DNA of 32,000 bases from Arthrobacter sp. UC242_113 (GCF_044054585.1 NZ_CP171968.1:4484740-4516739); one strand, 5' to 3'; positions 8,180 through 18,890 are shown, counted from the stretch's first letter. The notes: generated by a model from the sequence alone, not told the origin. Made by a program: numbers and translations.

Positions 8180-9768
8180 TGTCCCGCTACTTTCTTGGAC
8201 TGCTGGAAGAGCAAATAGGTCATGGGCGCCGAGATGACGATCATGAGCAGGGCGTACGGCGCGGCGCCGGCGTAGTCGATTTCGCTGCTCTTGCTCCAGA
8301 ACTCGGTGGCCAGGGTCCTCGTCCCGTTGGGGGAGAGCAGCAGTGTGGCGGTCAGTTCGTTGGCGATGCCGAGGAAGACCAGAGCCGCACCGCCGGCCGC
8401 AGCGGGGGCGGTGAGCCGGAGCGTCACACGGATGAAGGACAGCAGCGGAGGCGTTCCCAGGGCCTGGGCCGCCTCATCCAGCTCCTTGGGTGCCTGGGCC
8501 AGGCCGGCACGGATGTTGACCAGCGCGCGCGGCAGGAACAGGAGGATGTAGGCGGCCACCAGGACGCCGGCGGTCTGGTAGACGTTCGGAACCAGCCGGA
8601 TGCTGACGGTGACGAAGGCCAGGGCCACCACGATGCCCGGCATGGAGCTGGTGACGTAGTTGGACAGTTCGAGGGCCTTGCTGAACCAGCTGGCATGCCG
8701 AACGGCCAGGTACGCCATGGGGAAGGCAACCACGGTGGTGGCTCCGGCGCCGGCCAGCCCGTACAGCAGGGTCTGCCACAGCGCCGGAACGAATTCGTCA
8801 GCCGCCCAGATGTCAGCGCCGCCGGCAATGATCCAGCGCAGCACGAACAGCAGCGGCAGCCCGAAGGCAAGCAGGGTCAGGCCGAGCAGGGCCAGCTGGG
8901 CCGGTACCTGGTAGGCGTGCAGCGGCAGGCGCAGGGCCTTCGCCTGTGCGCCGGAGCCCACGCGGGCGTACCGTGCGGTGCCGCGGCTGCGCACCTCCAC
9001 CAGGAGCAGGAGGAGGCAGAAGAACACCAGCACGCTGGCCAGCATGGTGCCTGCGGCGCCGTTGAACGTGGACTGGTACTGCACCATGATGGCCGTGGTG
9101 AACGTGTCGAAGCGGATCATCGCGAAGGCGCCGTACTCTGCCAGCAGGTGCAGGGCCACCAGCAGCGAGCCGCCGGTCATCGCGATCCGGAGCTGCGGCA
9201 GGACCACACGGAAAAACGCCCGCCAGGCCCCCAGCCCGAGGGACGCAGCCGACTGCTCTACGGCGGGATCCAGCCGGCTCAGCGTCGCGGCGGCGGGAAT
9301 GTAGACCAGCGGGAAGTAGGAGAGCGTGGCAATCAGGACCCCGGAAAACAGCCCGTGCAGGGACGGCACAGCGGAAACCCACGCGTAGCTGTTGACGAAG
9401 GCAGGGATGGCCAGCGGCGCCGCGAGCAGCACGGCCCACACCTTCTGCCCGCGCAGCGTGGTGCGTTCCACGAGCCACGCGCCGCCCACGCCCAGGATGA
9501 GGCACAGCGGCACCGTGAGCACGATCAGGAGCACGGTGTTGAGCAGCAGCTCGCCGACGCGCGGGCGCACGATCAGTTCAATGGCGGTGTCCCAGCCCGT
9601 GGCCGCGGTCATCACCGCGACGTAGCCGAGGGGGACGAGGGCGAACAAGGCGATCAGCACCGCCATGACGCCTACCGCGGAAACGCCGAAAGGCGGGCGG
9701 GGGCGCTTGCCCCGGCCCGCCGCCGTCGTGCTTCCGGATGTCTCCGGTGCCGATACTTGCGTGGTCAC
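8176..9768 (-). CDS. iron(III) ABC transporter permease, duplicated-domain FbpB type
   Basis: 530-aa polytopic ORF with two repeated permease halves. It sits between the binding protein and ATPase genes. Confidence 0.85.
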   Translation of the reverse strand: MTTQVSAPETSGSTTAAGRGKRPRPPFGVSAVGVMAVLIALFALVPLGYVAVMTAATGWDTAIELIVRPRVGELLLNTVLLIVLTVPLCLILGVGGAWLVERTTLRGQKVWAVLLAAPLAIPAFVNSYAWVSAVPSLHGLFSGVLIATLSYFPLVYIPAAATLSRLDPAVEQSAASLGLGAWRAFFRVVLPQLRIAMTGGSLLVALHLLAEYGAFAMIRFDTFTTAIMVQYQSTFNGAAGTMLASVLVFFCLLLLLVEVRSRGTARYARVGSGAQAKALRLPLHAYQVPAQLALLGLTLLAFGLPLLFVLRWIIAGGADIWAADEFVPALWQTLLYGLAGAGATTVVAFPMAYLAVRHASWFSKALELSNYVTSSMPGIVVALAFVTVSIRLVPNVYQTAGVLVAAYILLFLPRALVNIRAGLAQAPKELDEAAQALGTPPLLSFIRVTLRLTAPAAAGGAALVFLGIANELTATLLLSPNGTRTLATEFWSKSSEIDYAGAAPYALLMIVISAPMTYLLFQQSKKVAGQ

Positions 9769-9772
9769 AGAA

Positions 9773-10819
9773 TTAGAGCAGTCCTGCCTTGGTCATCAGC
9801 TCCGTGACCTTCTCGGAATTCAGCTTGGCGGGGTCCACGGTGGGAGCCTGAAGTTCCTTGATGGGAACCAGCTTCTCGCTGGCCGGGACGCCCGAAGCGA
9901 TGGCGTACTCGAAGGACGTGCCCTTCTGCAGGACTTCCTGGCCCTTCTTGCCGGTGATGAACTTCAGGAAGGCCTGGGCGTTCTCGGCGTTCTTCGAGGA
10001 CTTCAGCACGCCGCCGCCGGAGACGGACAGGAACGCGCCCGGGTCCTGGTTCTTGAAGTAGTACGGCGTGACGTTCTTGGAGTTCTCGCCCGTCTTCGCC
10101 TGGTCGCCGTAGTAGTAGTAGTGGTAGATCAGCGCGGCATCAACCTCGCCGGCGTTCACTGCCTTCATGGCGGTGCTGTTGCCCTTGTAGGCGGTGAAGT
10201 TTTCCTTCATGCCCTTCAGCCACGCTTCGGCAGCGGCCTCGCCCTTGAGCTCAACAAGGGCGGAGACGATGGCCTGGAAGTCGGCGCCGCTCGGGGAGGC
10301 TGCCCACTTGCCCTTCCACTCCGGCTTGGCCAGGTCCAGCATGGACTTCGGCAGCTTGTCCTCGGAGATCTTGTTCTTGTCGTAGACCAGGACGGTGGAG
10401 CGGGCGGCGATGCCGGTCCACTTGTTGGTGCTGGGGCGGAACTCGGCCGGGACCTGGGCAACCGTGTCCTTGTCAACGTCGGCGAACAGGCCGGCGTTCT
10501 CCACCTGCGCCATTGCGGGGGAGTTCTCCGTGAGGAAGACGTCCGCCGGTGAGGCTGCGCCTTCCTGGACGATCTGGTTGGACATCTCGGTGTCGTCACC
10601 CTGGCGGAGCGTCACCTTGATGCCGGTTTCCGCGGTAAACGCGTCCGCCCATTCCTTGGTGAGGCTTTCGTGCTGGGCGTTGTAGACCGTGATCTCGCCC
10701 TTGGAGGCGTCAGCCGAGGACGAGGCAGCTGGGGAGGTGCCGGAGCCGCAGGCCGAGAGGCCAAGGGCTGCGGTGGCGGCGATCGCGATGCCGGCCAGCG
10801 CGTTAATGCGGATCTTCAT
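9773..10819 (-). CDS. Fe(3+) ABC transporter substrate-binding lipoprotein (FbpA/AfuA-like)
   Basis: Lipoprotein signal MKIRINALAGIAIAATAALGLSACGS. The body is FbpA-like (ITVYNAQHESLTKEWADAFTAETGIKVTLRQGDD...LTENSPAM). It is the first gene of a three-gene operon. Confidence 0.85.
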   Translation of the reverse strand: MKIRINALAGIAIAATAALGLSACGSGTSPAASSSADASKGEITVYNAQHESLTKEWADAFTAETGIKVTLRQGDDTEMSNQIVQEGAASPADVFLTENSPAMAQVENAGLFADVDKDTVAQVPAEFRPSTNKWTGIAARSTVLVYDKNKISEDKLPKSMLDLAKPEWKGKWAASPSGADFQAIVSALVELKGEAAAEAWLKGMKENFTAYKGNSTAMKAVNAGEVDAALIYHYYYYGDQAKTGENSKNVTPYYFKNQDPGAFLSVSGGGVLKSSKNAENAQAFLKFITGKKGQEVLQKGTSFEYAIASGVPASEKLVPIKELQAPTVDPAKLNSEKVTELMTKAGLL

Positions 10820-10897
10820 CGGGGTGCTTCTTTCTGCAAAAGTCTCGTGGGCCAGGCCCGCGTGAGCTGGGGAAGTTAGGTGAAGCTCACTCGAAAA

Positions 10898-10926
10898 ACT
10901 GTAGGTTAGCCAAACCTAAGCACCAA
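10898..10926 (-). promoter_or_regulatory. candidate promoter with embedded IdeR/DtxR iron box
   Basis: The minus strand reads TTGGTG-(17 nt)-TACAGT. The spacer and -10 region contain TTAGGTTTGGCTAACCTAC (plus-strand 10901-10919). This matches the 19-bp IdeR/DtxR consensus TWAGGTWAGSCTWACCTWA at 17/19 positions. It lies about 80-100 nt upstream of ATG 10819. Confidence 0.6.
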
Positions 10927-10981
10927 GCGACAAAGGCCTTAAGTGATGAGGATCACATCAATTACGACACTGTTGCGTGTC

Positions 10982-12262
10982 CTAATTGGTCCCTGACTTG
11001 GAGTCCGCTGCTGCTGACGCGGCCGCCACTGACGCCACTGCCTCCAGGGCCATCCAGGCCTGAAGCTGGGTGGAAAGTTCAACGGCGGCGCCCGGCGGGT
11101 AAGTATCGCTCGCCGGCCGCCGGGGTTCGAAGGAGAACACCGGTTCGCCGGCGCGCCCGTGTCGGCCCAGCGGTTCGCCTGCGGCGATCAGCCGGCGGCC
11201 GGCCCAGAGGGCCCCGGCAGTGCCGGTGACCAGTCCGGCCGCGGTGGTCCGCACGTCCTGCGGCAGCCGTTCGTCGTTGGCGGCCAGCGCCAGGTAGCGG
11301 GTGAGGATGCCGGTGAACAGCCCGCCGTCGCCGGTGCCGTCGCAGCGGAGGAGCAGGCTGGGCGTGGGGTCGCTGGCCGGGTCTGCGCTGTTGCCGGTCT
11401 TCCTTCCGCCGGCATCCGGCAGGGTGAGGTGCTCCGCCACTGCGCGCACCACGGTGGACGCGCGTCCCAGATTGTCGGGGCCGCCCAGCTCCAGCAGGGC
11501 GCCGAGGACGGGCCCCTGGTTGTAGGTGTAAATCGCCTCCTCCAGCACCGTCTCCCCGGTGCTGCGGATCCGGATGCCGTCCAGGTAGAGCCCGCGGGCG
11601 GGGTCGAACAGCCGCGCATCCAGCCAGTCGAGCAGCGCCTGCGCCTTGGCGGTGTTGCCCGTGCGTGCATAGTAGAGCGCCACCGGTGCCGTGGCCGGCG
11701 TGTTCTTAAAGTCCCGCTTGGTGCTCCAGAACGTGCCGCCGCCCAGGTCGTGAGTGGAGGCCGAGTCGAACTGCAAAGTCAGGCTCTTGCGGATCCTCTC
11801 CTGCCGCCGGGGGCTGGGACGCCGGCTCTCCTCGGCCAGCCGCTCCAGGCGGAGGGTGGACAGGGCCAGCCAGGCCATGTCGTCGTAGTAGTGGTTGACG
11901 AACGTCAGGAAATTTCGCAGCCGGATGCCGGTGACCAGCCGCGAGGCGAGCTGGCCGGCGCTGGGGCGGGCGGCGCCGTCGAACTTTTCCGGCGGCCGCA
12001 CCGCCTTCCCGAGTTCGCGAAAGCCCGCGTCCACGAGGCAGTCCAGGTAATGCGCCTGCCACCAGTAGTGCCAGGGGCGGCGGAGGTTCTCGATGTGGCC
12101 GGAGGGGCGGGCTGTGGCTGCGATGTGCGTCCCGGGCAGGAAGAACAGACGCTGGCCGAACAGGTGCGTTACCGACCGCGCCGCCTCGTCGGCCCGCTCT
12201 GCCCAGGCCGTTGCGGGGTCGGGGATGGCATCCGGGGCGGCGTCAGCATCTGGCTGGATCAT
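10982..12262 (-). CDS. glycoside hydrolase family 76-like protein (alpha-1,6-mannanase family)
   Basis: 426-aa ORF. VNHYYDDMAWLAL contains the GH76 catalytic Asp-Asp context. WHYWWQAHYLDCLVDA and IYTYNQGPVLGALLELG fit an (alpha/alpha)6 fold. Confidence 0.65.
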   Translation of the reverse strand: MIQPDADAAPDAIPDPATAWAERADEAARSVTHLFGQRLFFLPGTHIAATARPSGHIENLRRPWHYWWQAHYLDCLVDAGFRELGKAVRPPEKFDGAARPSAGQLASRLVTGIRLRNFLTFVNHYYDDMAWLALSTLRLERLAEESRRPSPRRQERIRKSLTLQFDSASTHDLGGGTFWSTKRDFKNTPATAPVALYYARTGNTAKAQALLDWLDARLFDPARGLYLDGIRIRSTGETVLEEAIYTYNQGPVLGALLELGGPDNLGRASTVVRAVAEHLTLPDAGGRKTGNSADPASDPTPSLLLRCDGTGDGGLFTGILTRYLALAANDERLPQDVRTTAAGLVTGTAGALWAGRRLIAAGEPLGRHGRAGEPVFSFEPRRPASDTYPPGAAVELSTQLQAWMALEAVASVAAASAAADSKSGTN

Positions 12263-12432
12263 TCGGCCAGCCTAGCGAACCGACGCCGGCGACCCGTCAG
12301 CGGGGCGGCGCGGTCGCCGAAAACGGGGCGGCGCGGGGTGCATCCGCCGCCCGTTTCAGTTAACATTCACTAACTAACGTTCGCGGCCGGGATCCGGATC
12401 CGCATCGACCTGTTCCGCATCAAGGAGGATGT

Positions 12433-13263
12433 ATGGAAATCGAGGGTTCCGTCGCGCTCATCACGGGAGGTGCATCCGGTCTGGGCGCCGCCACGGCCCG
12501 GCGGCTGTTCGATGCCGGCGCCTCTGTGGTTCTCGCCGACCTCGCCACCTCGGCCGGTGCCGCGTACGCCGGCGAGCTGAATGCGGCCGGCCCGCAGAAC
12601 CTTGGGGGCACTGCTTCAGGCCGTGAGGTGGCAGTCCCCAAAGCGGTCTTCGTTCCCGCGGACGTGACCAGCGAGGAAGAGGTGCAGGCCGCTGTGGACG
12701 CCGCCGTCGGGCTGGGACCGCTGCGGATAGTGGTGAACTGCGCCGGCATCGCCACGCCGGGCAAGGTCCTGGGGCGCGACGGCGTGCTGCCGCTGGAAAC
12801 CTTCCAGCGCGTCATCCAGATCAACCTGGTTGGGACCTTCAATGTGGTCCGGCTGGCCGCCGCAGCAATGGCCACCACCGAGCCTGCTGTCACCGAGCTC
12901 GGCGGAGAGGAACGCGGCGTGCTCATCAACACCGCCTCGGTAGCCGCGTTCGACGGGCAGATCGGCCAGCCTGCCTACGCTGCATCCAAGGGCGGCGTGG
13001 CAGCCATGACCCTGCCGCTGGCCCGCGAACTTGCCCGCTCCCTCATCCGCGTGGTGACCATCGCGCCCGGCATCTTCGAGACCCCGATGATGGCCGGGCT
13101 GCCGCAGGAGGCACAGGAGTCACTGGGCCGGCAGGTGCCCCACCCGTCCCGCCTGGGCCGGCCCGCCGAGTACGCCAACCTCGCCGCGCACATCGTCGAG
13201 AACGCGATGCTGAACGGCGAAACCATCCGCCTCGACGGCGCCATCCGGATGGGGCCGAAGTGA
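12433..13263 (+). CDS. SDR family oxidoreductase (3-hydroxyacyl-CoA dehydrogenase type-2-like)
   Basis: TGGASGLG Rossmann motif, NCAG, and catalytic YAASKGGV (YxxxK). AAGGAGG SD lies 6 nt upstream of ATG 12433. Confidence 0.85.
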   Translation: MEIEGSVALITGGASGLGAATARRLFDAGASVVLADLATSAGAAYAGELNAAGPQNLGGTASGREVAVPKAVFVPADVTSEEEVQAAVDAAVGLGPLRIVVNCAGIATPGKVLGRDGVLPLETFQRVIQINLVGTFNVVRLAAAAMATTEPAVTELGGEERGVLINTASVAAFDGQIGQPAYAASKGGVAAMTLPLARELARSLIRVVTIAPGIFETPMMAGLPQEAQESLGRQVPHPSRLGRPAEYANLAAHIVENAMLNGETIRLDGAIRMGPK

Positions 13264-14522
13264 CCGGCACCGAAGTGGGCGGGGCAGCCCTGGGCGCCGC
13301 CAAGCTTGACGGGGCCGCCCGGGCGATATCCGCCGTCGACACCCTGCCCACGGCTGATTTTTTCGGCTACGAATCCCTGCTCAGCGCCTCCGAGCAGCGG
13401 AAGCTGGGCGAACTGCGGGAGTTCCTGGGCGCGGAAATCGCGCCGTTCGCCGGGGACTGGTGGAACAAGGCCGAGTTTCCGGCGCACATCCTCCCAAAGC
13501 TGGCCGCCCTGGAGCTCAGCACGCCCGCCCAGCGCGGCTACAGCCATCTGTTCGCGGGGCTGGTGATTGCGGAGATGACGCGCGTGGACACGTCGATCGC
13601 CACGTTTTTCCTGGTCCACCACGACCTCTTCGTCGAGTCGCTCTACCGGTTCGGCTCCGAGGACCAGCGCAGCCGGTACCTCGAGGATGCCTCGAACCTG
13701 AGAACCACGGGTGCGTTTGCCCTGACCGAGCCGGACCACGGCTCGGACGTCGCCGGCGGCATGGAGACGCGGGCGCGCCGCATATCGAGCATTACCGGAG
13801 AGGCCGACGGCGGCGGGGACTGCTGGGTGCTGAACGGCGCCAAGCGGTGGATCGGCAACGGGACGTTCTGCGACTACATGCTGGTGTGGGCGCGGGACGA
13901 GGCCGACGGCGCGGTCCGCGGCTTCATCGTGGACGCCGGCCTGCCCGGAGTGAGCCGCAGCCGGATCGAGAACAAGATCGCGCTGCGCACCGTGCAGAAC
14001 GCAGACATCGTATTCGAGGACGTGCGCGTTGCCGAGGCAGACCGCTTTGCGGGCATCAGGACTTTCGAGGACACCAACGAACTGCTCCGCGGCTCACGCA
14101 TCATGGTCGCGTGGCAGGCCCTGGGGCAGCAGCTGGCGGCGTTCGACGTCGCCCGTCAGTACGCCGTCGAACGCCAGCAGTTCGGCCGTCCGCTGGCGAG
14201 GTTCCAGCTCATCCAGCAGCAGCTGGTGACCATGCTGGGCAACGCCGTGGCGAGCATGGGCATGATGGCCCGGATCGCGCAGCTGCAGGAGCAGGGCGTC
14301 GGCATGGCGCAGGTGGCGCTGGCCAAGTCCTACACGTCGGCGAGGATGCGCGAAACAGTGGCGATGGGCCGGTCAATCTTGGGCGGGAACGGCATCGTCA
14401 CGGACTACCGGATGGCCAAGATCTTCGCCGACGCCGAGGCCATCTACACCTACGAGGGCTCGTACGAGATCAACACGCTGATCGTGGGCCGCGCTGTCAC
14501 CGGGGTCTCCGCGATCGCCTGA
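13260..14522 (+). CDS. acyl-CoA dehydrogenase family protein (glutaryl-CoA dehydrogenase-like)
   Basis: [31 protein letters not shown] and the C-terminal [20 protein letters not shown] catalytic-base region are present. The GTG start overlaps the SDR stop (GTGA). Confidence 0.88.
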   Translation: MTGTEVGGAALGAAKLDGAARAISAVDTLPTADFFGYESLLSASEQRKLGELREFLGAEIAPFAGDWWNKAEFPAHILPKLAALELSTPAQRGYSHLFAGLVIAEMTRVDTSIATFFLVHHDLFVESLYRFGSEDQRSRYLEDASNLRTTGAFALTEPDHGSDVAGGMETRARRISSITGEADGGGDCWVLNGAKRWIGNGTFCDYMLVWARDEADGAVRGFIVDAGLPGVSRSRIENKIALRTVQNADIVFEDVRVAEADRFAGIRTFEDTNELLRGSRIMVAWQALGQQLAAFDVARQYAVERQQFGRPLARFQLIQQQLVTMLGNAVASMGMMARIAQLQEQGVGMAQVALAKSYTSARMRETVAMGRSILGGNGIVTDYRMAKIFADAEAIYTYEGSYEINTLIVGRAVTGVSAIA

Positions 14523-14545
14523 CGGTCCTCCGGCCCCAGAGCGAA

Positions 14546-14608
14546 GCGCGAACTGGCAGCTAATGACCCCAAATCTCCGTTTTGAGGGCGTTACCTGCCA
14601 GTTCGCGC
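14546..14608. terminator. candidate bidirectional terminator / long hairpin between convergent genes
   Basis: Perfect 14-bp inverted repeat GCGCGAACTGGCAG (14546-14559) / CTGCCAGTTCGCGC (14595-14608). The 35-nt loop contains a smaller imperfect hairpin. There is no clear U-tract. Confidence 0.35.
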
Positions 14609-14623
14609 GTGGGTGCGGGGGCC

Positions 14624-15442
14624 TCAGGAGGCGGGCTGCTTTTCCCCGGCTTCGATCCGCGCGTCCAGGCTGTTGTTCCGCACCGGCATGGGGCACGTGC
14701 CGTAGGGCGTGAAGGCGCTGGGGTAGTTGATGGCGCGGTTGAAGTCCAGCACCACGGAGCCGTCCGGCCGCGGGCGCGCGGTGGACACCTTCCGCCATTC
14801 GTCCGTCGTGTCGCCGTTTGTCTCGTCGTGGAACGTGACTGTCAGGGCGCCGAGCTTCTCCGCCTCGGCATGGAGCCGGTACTCGTGGTCTTTGCCGGGC
14901 AGCCGGAACACCAGTTCGCCGACGCTGCGGTGCACCCCGTCCACCAGCGGATTGGCCGTGGAAATGGGCACGTCCACAGGCTCCGGGTAGGCCTCGAACC
15001 TGGCCTCCACCGCAAGGTCGGGCCGGTAATCGAAGGTGGGCACGCCGTCGAACCCGGTGAACACCGGCGAGGCGGAATCCCGGGTGCGGACCGCATACCT
15101 GTCCGCGCGCATCGCCAGTTCCACCACAACCTGCCGGCCGTCCGCGCCGCCGAACTGCACCCACATCAACGACTCCTCATTGGCGAGCCGCGCACTGAGC
15201 GTCCCGTCCACCGGCTCCCCGGTCTCCACGAGCGTCAGCCCGTCGGACGCCGCGGCGGTGAGCGTCGCCGTCGTGCCATCCGCTGACCACAGTCCGGGAA
15301 CGAGGTCGACGGCGGCGGGCTGGCTTTCCAGCCACTGGAACGATGTGAGCGTGAGCCAGCCGTGTTCGGCCGCGAGTGCGGTGTTGCGGCCTTTGCGGAA
15401 GCGGCGCCAGCGCTCCAGCTGGGGGTCTGCTGCGGTGCTCAT
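14624..15442 (-). CDS. DUF1684 domain-containing protein
   Basis: This is the C-terminal 272 aa of track ORF 14624..15886. ATG 15442 is preceded by GGAGGACAC. LTLTSFQWL...VLDFNRAINYPSAFTPYGTCPMPVRNNSLD is the DUF1684 signature as I recall it. The upstream extension is Arg/Pro-rich and non-coding-like. Confidence 0.75.
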   Translation of the reverse strand: MSTAADPQLERWRRFRKGRNTALAAEHGWLTLTSFQWLESQPAAVDLVPGLWSADGTTATLTAAASDGLTLVETGEPVDGTLSARLANEESLMWVQFGGADGRQVVVELAMRADRYAVRTRDSASPVFTGFDGVPTFDYRPDLAVEARFEAYPEPVDVPISTANPLVDGVHRSVGELVFRLPGKDHEYRLHAEAEKLGALTVTFHDETNGDTTDEWRKVSTARPRPDGSVVLDFNRAINYPSAFTPYGTCPMPVRNNSLDARIEAGEKQPAS

Positions 15443-15516
15443 GTGTCCTCCAACGGTGTATGCCTCTGGCCAGCTTAGGGGGCAACGCCGGGCCGCGGCA
15501 GGCGTAGCCTTGGGAT

Positions 15517-15849
15517 ATGGCCCTGGACGTTGTTCTGACGGTGCTCGTTTGCGTTGCCATTGTGCTGGCGCTGACCCTCGCGGGGATGGCTGTGCAGAAG
15601 CGGGGCGTCGATCCGAAAGGTGCCGCGGGGACGCTGGGCAGTGCCCTGGCAGGCTTCGATCCGGCCACCGGCACCCCGGCGCATTCGGAGGCGCTGGCGG
15701 TCCGCGAGGAACAGAAACGAAAGCGGCATGAAGCGCCCAGCGCGGGTCCCGGACCTGAATTGAACGGTCCGTATTCGGGCCGGATCCGGTTGCCCGCGGC
15801 CCCTTTACAGGCACCGGCCGTGCCAGTTCAAGGGCCCGACAGCATCTGA
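15517..15849 (+). CDS. hypothetical small membrane protein (one N-terminal TM helix, disordered tail)
   Basis: 110-aa ORF in the gap between DUF1684 and ppc. It has a hydrophobic N-terminus (LDVVLTVLVCVAIVLALTLAGMAV) and GC3-biased codons. The RBS is weak and I recognise no homology. Confidence 0.4.
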   Translation: MALDVVLTVLVCVAIVLALTLAGMAVQKRGVDPKGAAGTLGSALAGFDPATGTPAHSEALAVREEQKRKRHEAPSAGPGPELNGPYSGRIRLPAAPLQAPAVPVQGPDSI

Positions 15850-15964
15850 GACATATTCCCGCGCTCCGGCCGGCTGCGGGTAACATCCCATAGGAACAGT
15901 AACCGGGCTCACAGTATCCAGCGCAGTGTACGAGCCAAAGTCGAACACTCGAAAGATAGTTTCC

Positions 15965-18775
15965 ATGGCTGACACTGCAATGAATTCAGAAACAGATCTC
16001 GCCGCCGAACTCCGCGCCGACGTACGCCGGGTCTCCACCCTGCTGGGCGAATCACTGGTCCGCCAGCACGGCCCCGAACTCCTCGACCTGGTGGAGCAGG
16101 TGCGCCTGCTCACCAAGGAATCCAAGGAGGCCGCCCGGGGCGGCGCGGAGGCCACCGGCCCCTGGAGCGCGCACGACGTCGTTGCCCAGGTCCGCGAGCT
16201 GCTCGCCTCCCTGCCGCTAGAGCAGGCGACCGACCTGGTCCGCGCCTTCGCCTTCTACTTCCACCTCGCCAACGCCGCCGAACAGGTCCACCGCGTCCGC
16301 GGGCTGCGCACCCGGCAGGAGAAGGACGGCTGGCTGGCCAAAGCCGTCGAGGACATCGCGGGGCAGGCCGGCCCGGCGGTGCTGCAGGAAGTGGTCAACG
16401 AGCTGGATGTGCGCCCAATCTTCACCGCGCACCCCACCGAGGCTTCCCGCCGCTCCGTGCTGGACAAGATCCGAAAGCTCTCGGACGTGCTGGCCCAGCC
16501 CACCGAGGAGGGCACCAGCGCCCGGCGCCGGCAGGACCGGCAATTGTCCGAAATGATCGACCAGATGTGGCAGACGGACGAACTGCGCCAGGTGCGGCCC
16601 ACTCCCGTGGACGAGGCCCGCAACGCCATCTACTACCTCGACAGCATCCTGACGGACGCGCTGCCGGAGATGCTGACGGATTTCTCGGAACTCCTCAGCG
16701 AGCACGGCGTCGCGCTGCCGGCCCAGAACGCACCGATCCGGTTCGGCTCCTGGATCGGCGGTGACCGCGACGGTAACCCCAACGTCACGGCAGCCGTCAC
16801 GCACGAGATCCTGCAGCTGCAGAACCAGCATGCGGTCAGGATCAGCATTGCCATGATCGACGAACTCATCTCCGTCCTGTCCAACTCCACGGCCCTCGCC
16901 GGTGCCGACCAGGCGCTCCTCGATTCGATCGACGCCGACCTCGCGAAGCTGCCCGGCCTGGACCGCCGCATTCTGGAACTCAATGCCCAGGAGCCCTACC
17001 GGCTGAAGCTGACCTGCATCAAGGCCAAGCTCATCAACACCGGCAAGCGGGTGGCCGCGGGGTCCAAGCACCAGCCGGGGCGTGACTACACCTCCACCGA
17101 GGAGCTCATCGCCGAACTCGAACTGCTGGAACTGTCCCTGCGCAACCACTCGGCGTCCCTTGCCGCGGACGGGGCGCTGGCACGTGTCCGCCGCGCCATC
17201 GCCTCCTTCGGCCTCCACCTGGCCACCCTCGACATCCGCGAGCACGCCGACCACCACCACGACGCCGTCGGCCAGCTCATGGACCGCCTCGGCGGTCCCG
17301 GCATCCGCTATGCAGAACTGACCCGCGACGAGCGCCTCGAGGTCCTGAGCGCCGAGCTCGCCTCCCGCCGTCCGCTCTCCGGCCACCCGATCAAGCTCGA
17401 CGGCGCCGCTGACGGCACGTACGACGTCTTCCGTGAGATCCGCCGCGCCCTGCGCACGTACGGCCCGGACGTCATCGAAACCTACATCATCTCCATGACC
17501 CGCGGCGCTGACGACGTCCTGGCCGCGGCCGTCCTGGCGCGCGAGGCCGGCCTGGTCAGCATCTTCGGCGACGCCCCGTACGCCAAGATCGGTTTTGCGC
17601 CGCTGCTGGAGACCGTCGAGGAGCTGCGTGCCTCGGCGGAGATCGTGGACCAGCTGCTGTCCGACCCGTCCTACCGCGAGCTGGTCCGGCTGCGCGGGGA
17701 CGTCCAGGAAGTCATGCTCGGATACTCGGACTCCAACAAGGAATCCGGCGTGATGACCAGCCAGTGGGAAATCCACAAGACCCAGAGGAAGCTGCGCGAC
17801 ATCGCCTCCAAGCACGGCGTCCGCGTGCGCCTGTTCCACGGCCGCGGCGGTTCCGTGGGCCGCGGCGGCGGACCCACCTACGACGCCATCATGGCGCAGC
17901 CGAACGGCGTCCTCGAGGGTGAAATCAAGTTCACCGAACAGGGCGAGGTCATCTCGGACAAGTACTCCCTGCCGGAACTTGCCCGCGAAAACCTGGAGCT
18001 GTCCCTCGCTGCAGTGCTGCAGGGATCTGCGCTGCACCGCACGCCGCGCACGTCGGACGACCAGCGCGAGCGGTTCGGGCATGTCATGGAGACAATCTCC
18101 GACGCCGCGTTCGCCCGCTACCGCAGCCTCATCGACCACCCCGACCTGCCGGCGTACTTCCTGGCCTCGACGCCGGTGGAGCAGCTCGGTTCGCTGAACA
18201 TCGGTTCCCGCCCGTCCAAGCGCCCGGATTCCGGTGCCGGGCTGGGCGGCCTGCGTGCCATCCCGTGGGTGTTCGGCTGGACCCAGTCACGGCAGATTGT
18301 TCCCGGCTGGTTCGGCGTCGGCTCCGGGCTGAAGGCGGCACGGGAAGCCGGAAACTCTGCCCAGCTCGTGGAGATGATGCACGGCTGGCACTTCTTCCGC
18401 TCCGTGCTGTCCAACGTGGAGATGACCCTCGCCAAGACGGACATGGAGATCGCCGGATACTACGTGGACACCCTGGTCCCGGCGGAGCTGCACCACCTCT
18501 TCCGCGCCATCCGCGAGGAGTACGAACTCACTGTCTCCGAGATCCAGAACCTCACCGGCGAGAACCTGCTGCTGGACGCCCAGCCCACGCTCAAGCGGTC
18601 CCTGGAAATCCGTGACCAGTACCTCGACCCGATCAGCTACCTCCAGGTGGAACTGCTCCGCCGCGTGCGGGCAGAAGGTGCCAGCATTTCCGCAGGCGAG
18701 ATCGACGAGCGTCTGCAGCGGGCCATGCTCATCACCGTCAACGGCGTGGCAGCAGGCCTCCGCAACACAGGGTAA
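15965..18775 (+). CDS. ppc: phosphoenolpyruvate carboxylase
   Basis: Canonical motifs are present: VFTAHPTE-like [38 protein letters not shown], and the C-terminal GLRNTG. The track start GTG 15926 is possible. ATG 15965 ([17 protein letters not shown]) is my preferred start. Confidence 0.95.
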   Translation: MADTAMNSETDLAAELRADVRRVSTLLGESLVRQHGPELLDLVEQVRLLTKESKEAARGGAEATGPWSAHDVVAQVRELLASLPLEQATDLVRAFAFYFHLANAAEQVHRVRGLRTRQEKDGWLAKAVEDIAGQAGPAVLQEVVNELDVRPIFTAHPTEASRRSVLDKIRKLSDVLAQPTEEGTSARRRQDRQLSEMIDQMWQTDELRQVRPTPVDEARNAIYYLDSILTDALPEMLTDFSELLSEHGVALPAQNAPIRFGSWIGGDRDGNPNVTAAVTHEILQLQNQHAVRISIAMIDELISVLSNSTALAGADQALLDSIDADLAKLPGLDRRILELNAQEPYRLKLTCIKAKLINTGKRVAAGSKHQPGRDYTSTEELIAELELLELSLRNHSASLAADGALARVRRAIASFGLHLATLDIREHADHHHDAVGQLMDRLGGPGIRYAELTRDERLEVLSAELASRRPLSGHPIKLDGAADGTYDVFREIRRALRTYGPDVIETYIISMTRGADDVLAAAVLAREAGLVSIFGDAPYAKIGFAPLLETVEELRASAEIVDQLLSDPSYRELVRLRGDVQEVMLGYSDSNKESGVMTSQWEIHKTQRKLRDIASKHGVRVRLFHGRGGSVGRGGGPTYDAIMAQPNGVLEGEIKFTEQGEVISDKYSLPELARENLELSLAAVLQGSALHRTPRTSDDQRERFGHVMETISDAAFARYRSLIDHPDLPAYFLASTPVEQLGSLNIGSRPSKRPDSGAGLGGLRAIPWVFGWTQSRQIVPGWFGVGSGLKAAREAGNSAQLVEMMHGWHFFRSVLSNVEMTLAKTDMEIAGYYVDTLVPAELHHLFRAIREEYELTVSEIQNLTGENLLLDAQPTLKRSLEIRDQYLDPISYLQVELLRRVRAEGASISAGEIDERLQRAMLITVNGVAAGLRNTG

Positions 18776-18790
18776 CCCGAACTGCCCCAG

Positions 18791-18866
18791 ACGCTTCCTC
18801 ACTTTTCGTCGGTTCGTTCCAAACGCGTCCTCACTTTTCGTCGGTTCGTTCCAAACGCGTCCTCAC
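18791..18866. repeat. 32-bp tandem repeat array A (2.4 copies)
   Basis: ACGCTTCCTCACTTTTCGTCGGTTCGTTCCAA (18791-18822), ACGCGTCCTCACTTTTCGTCGGTTCGTTCCAA (18823-18854), and partial ACGCGTCCTCAC (18855-18866). The array starts 16 nt after the ppc stop. Confidence 0.9.
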
Positions 18867-18890
18867 CGCAGCGGGAGGGTTTGGCGTGAC

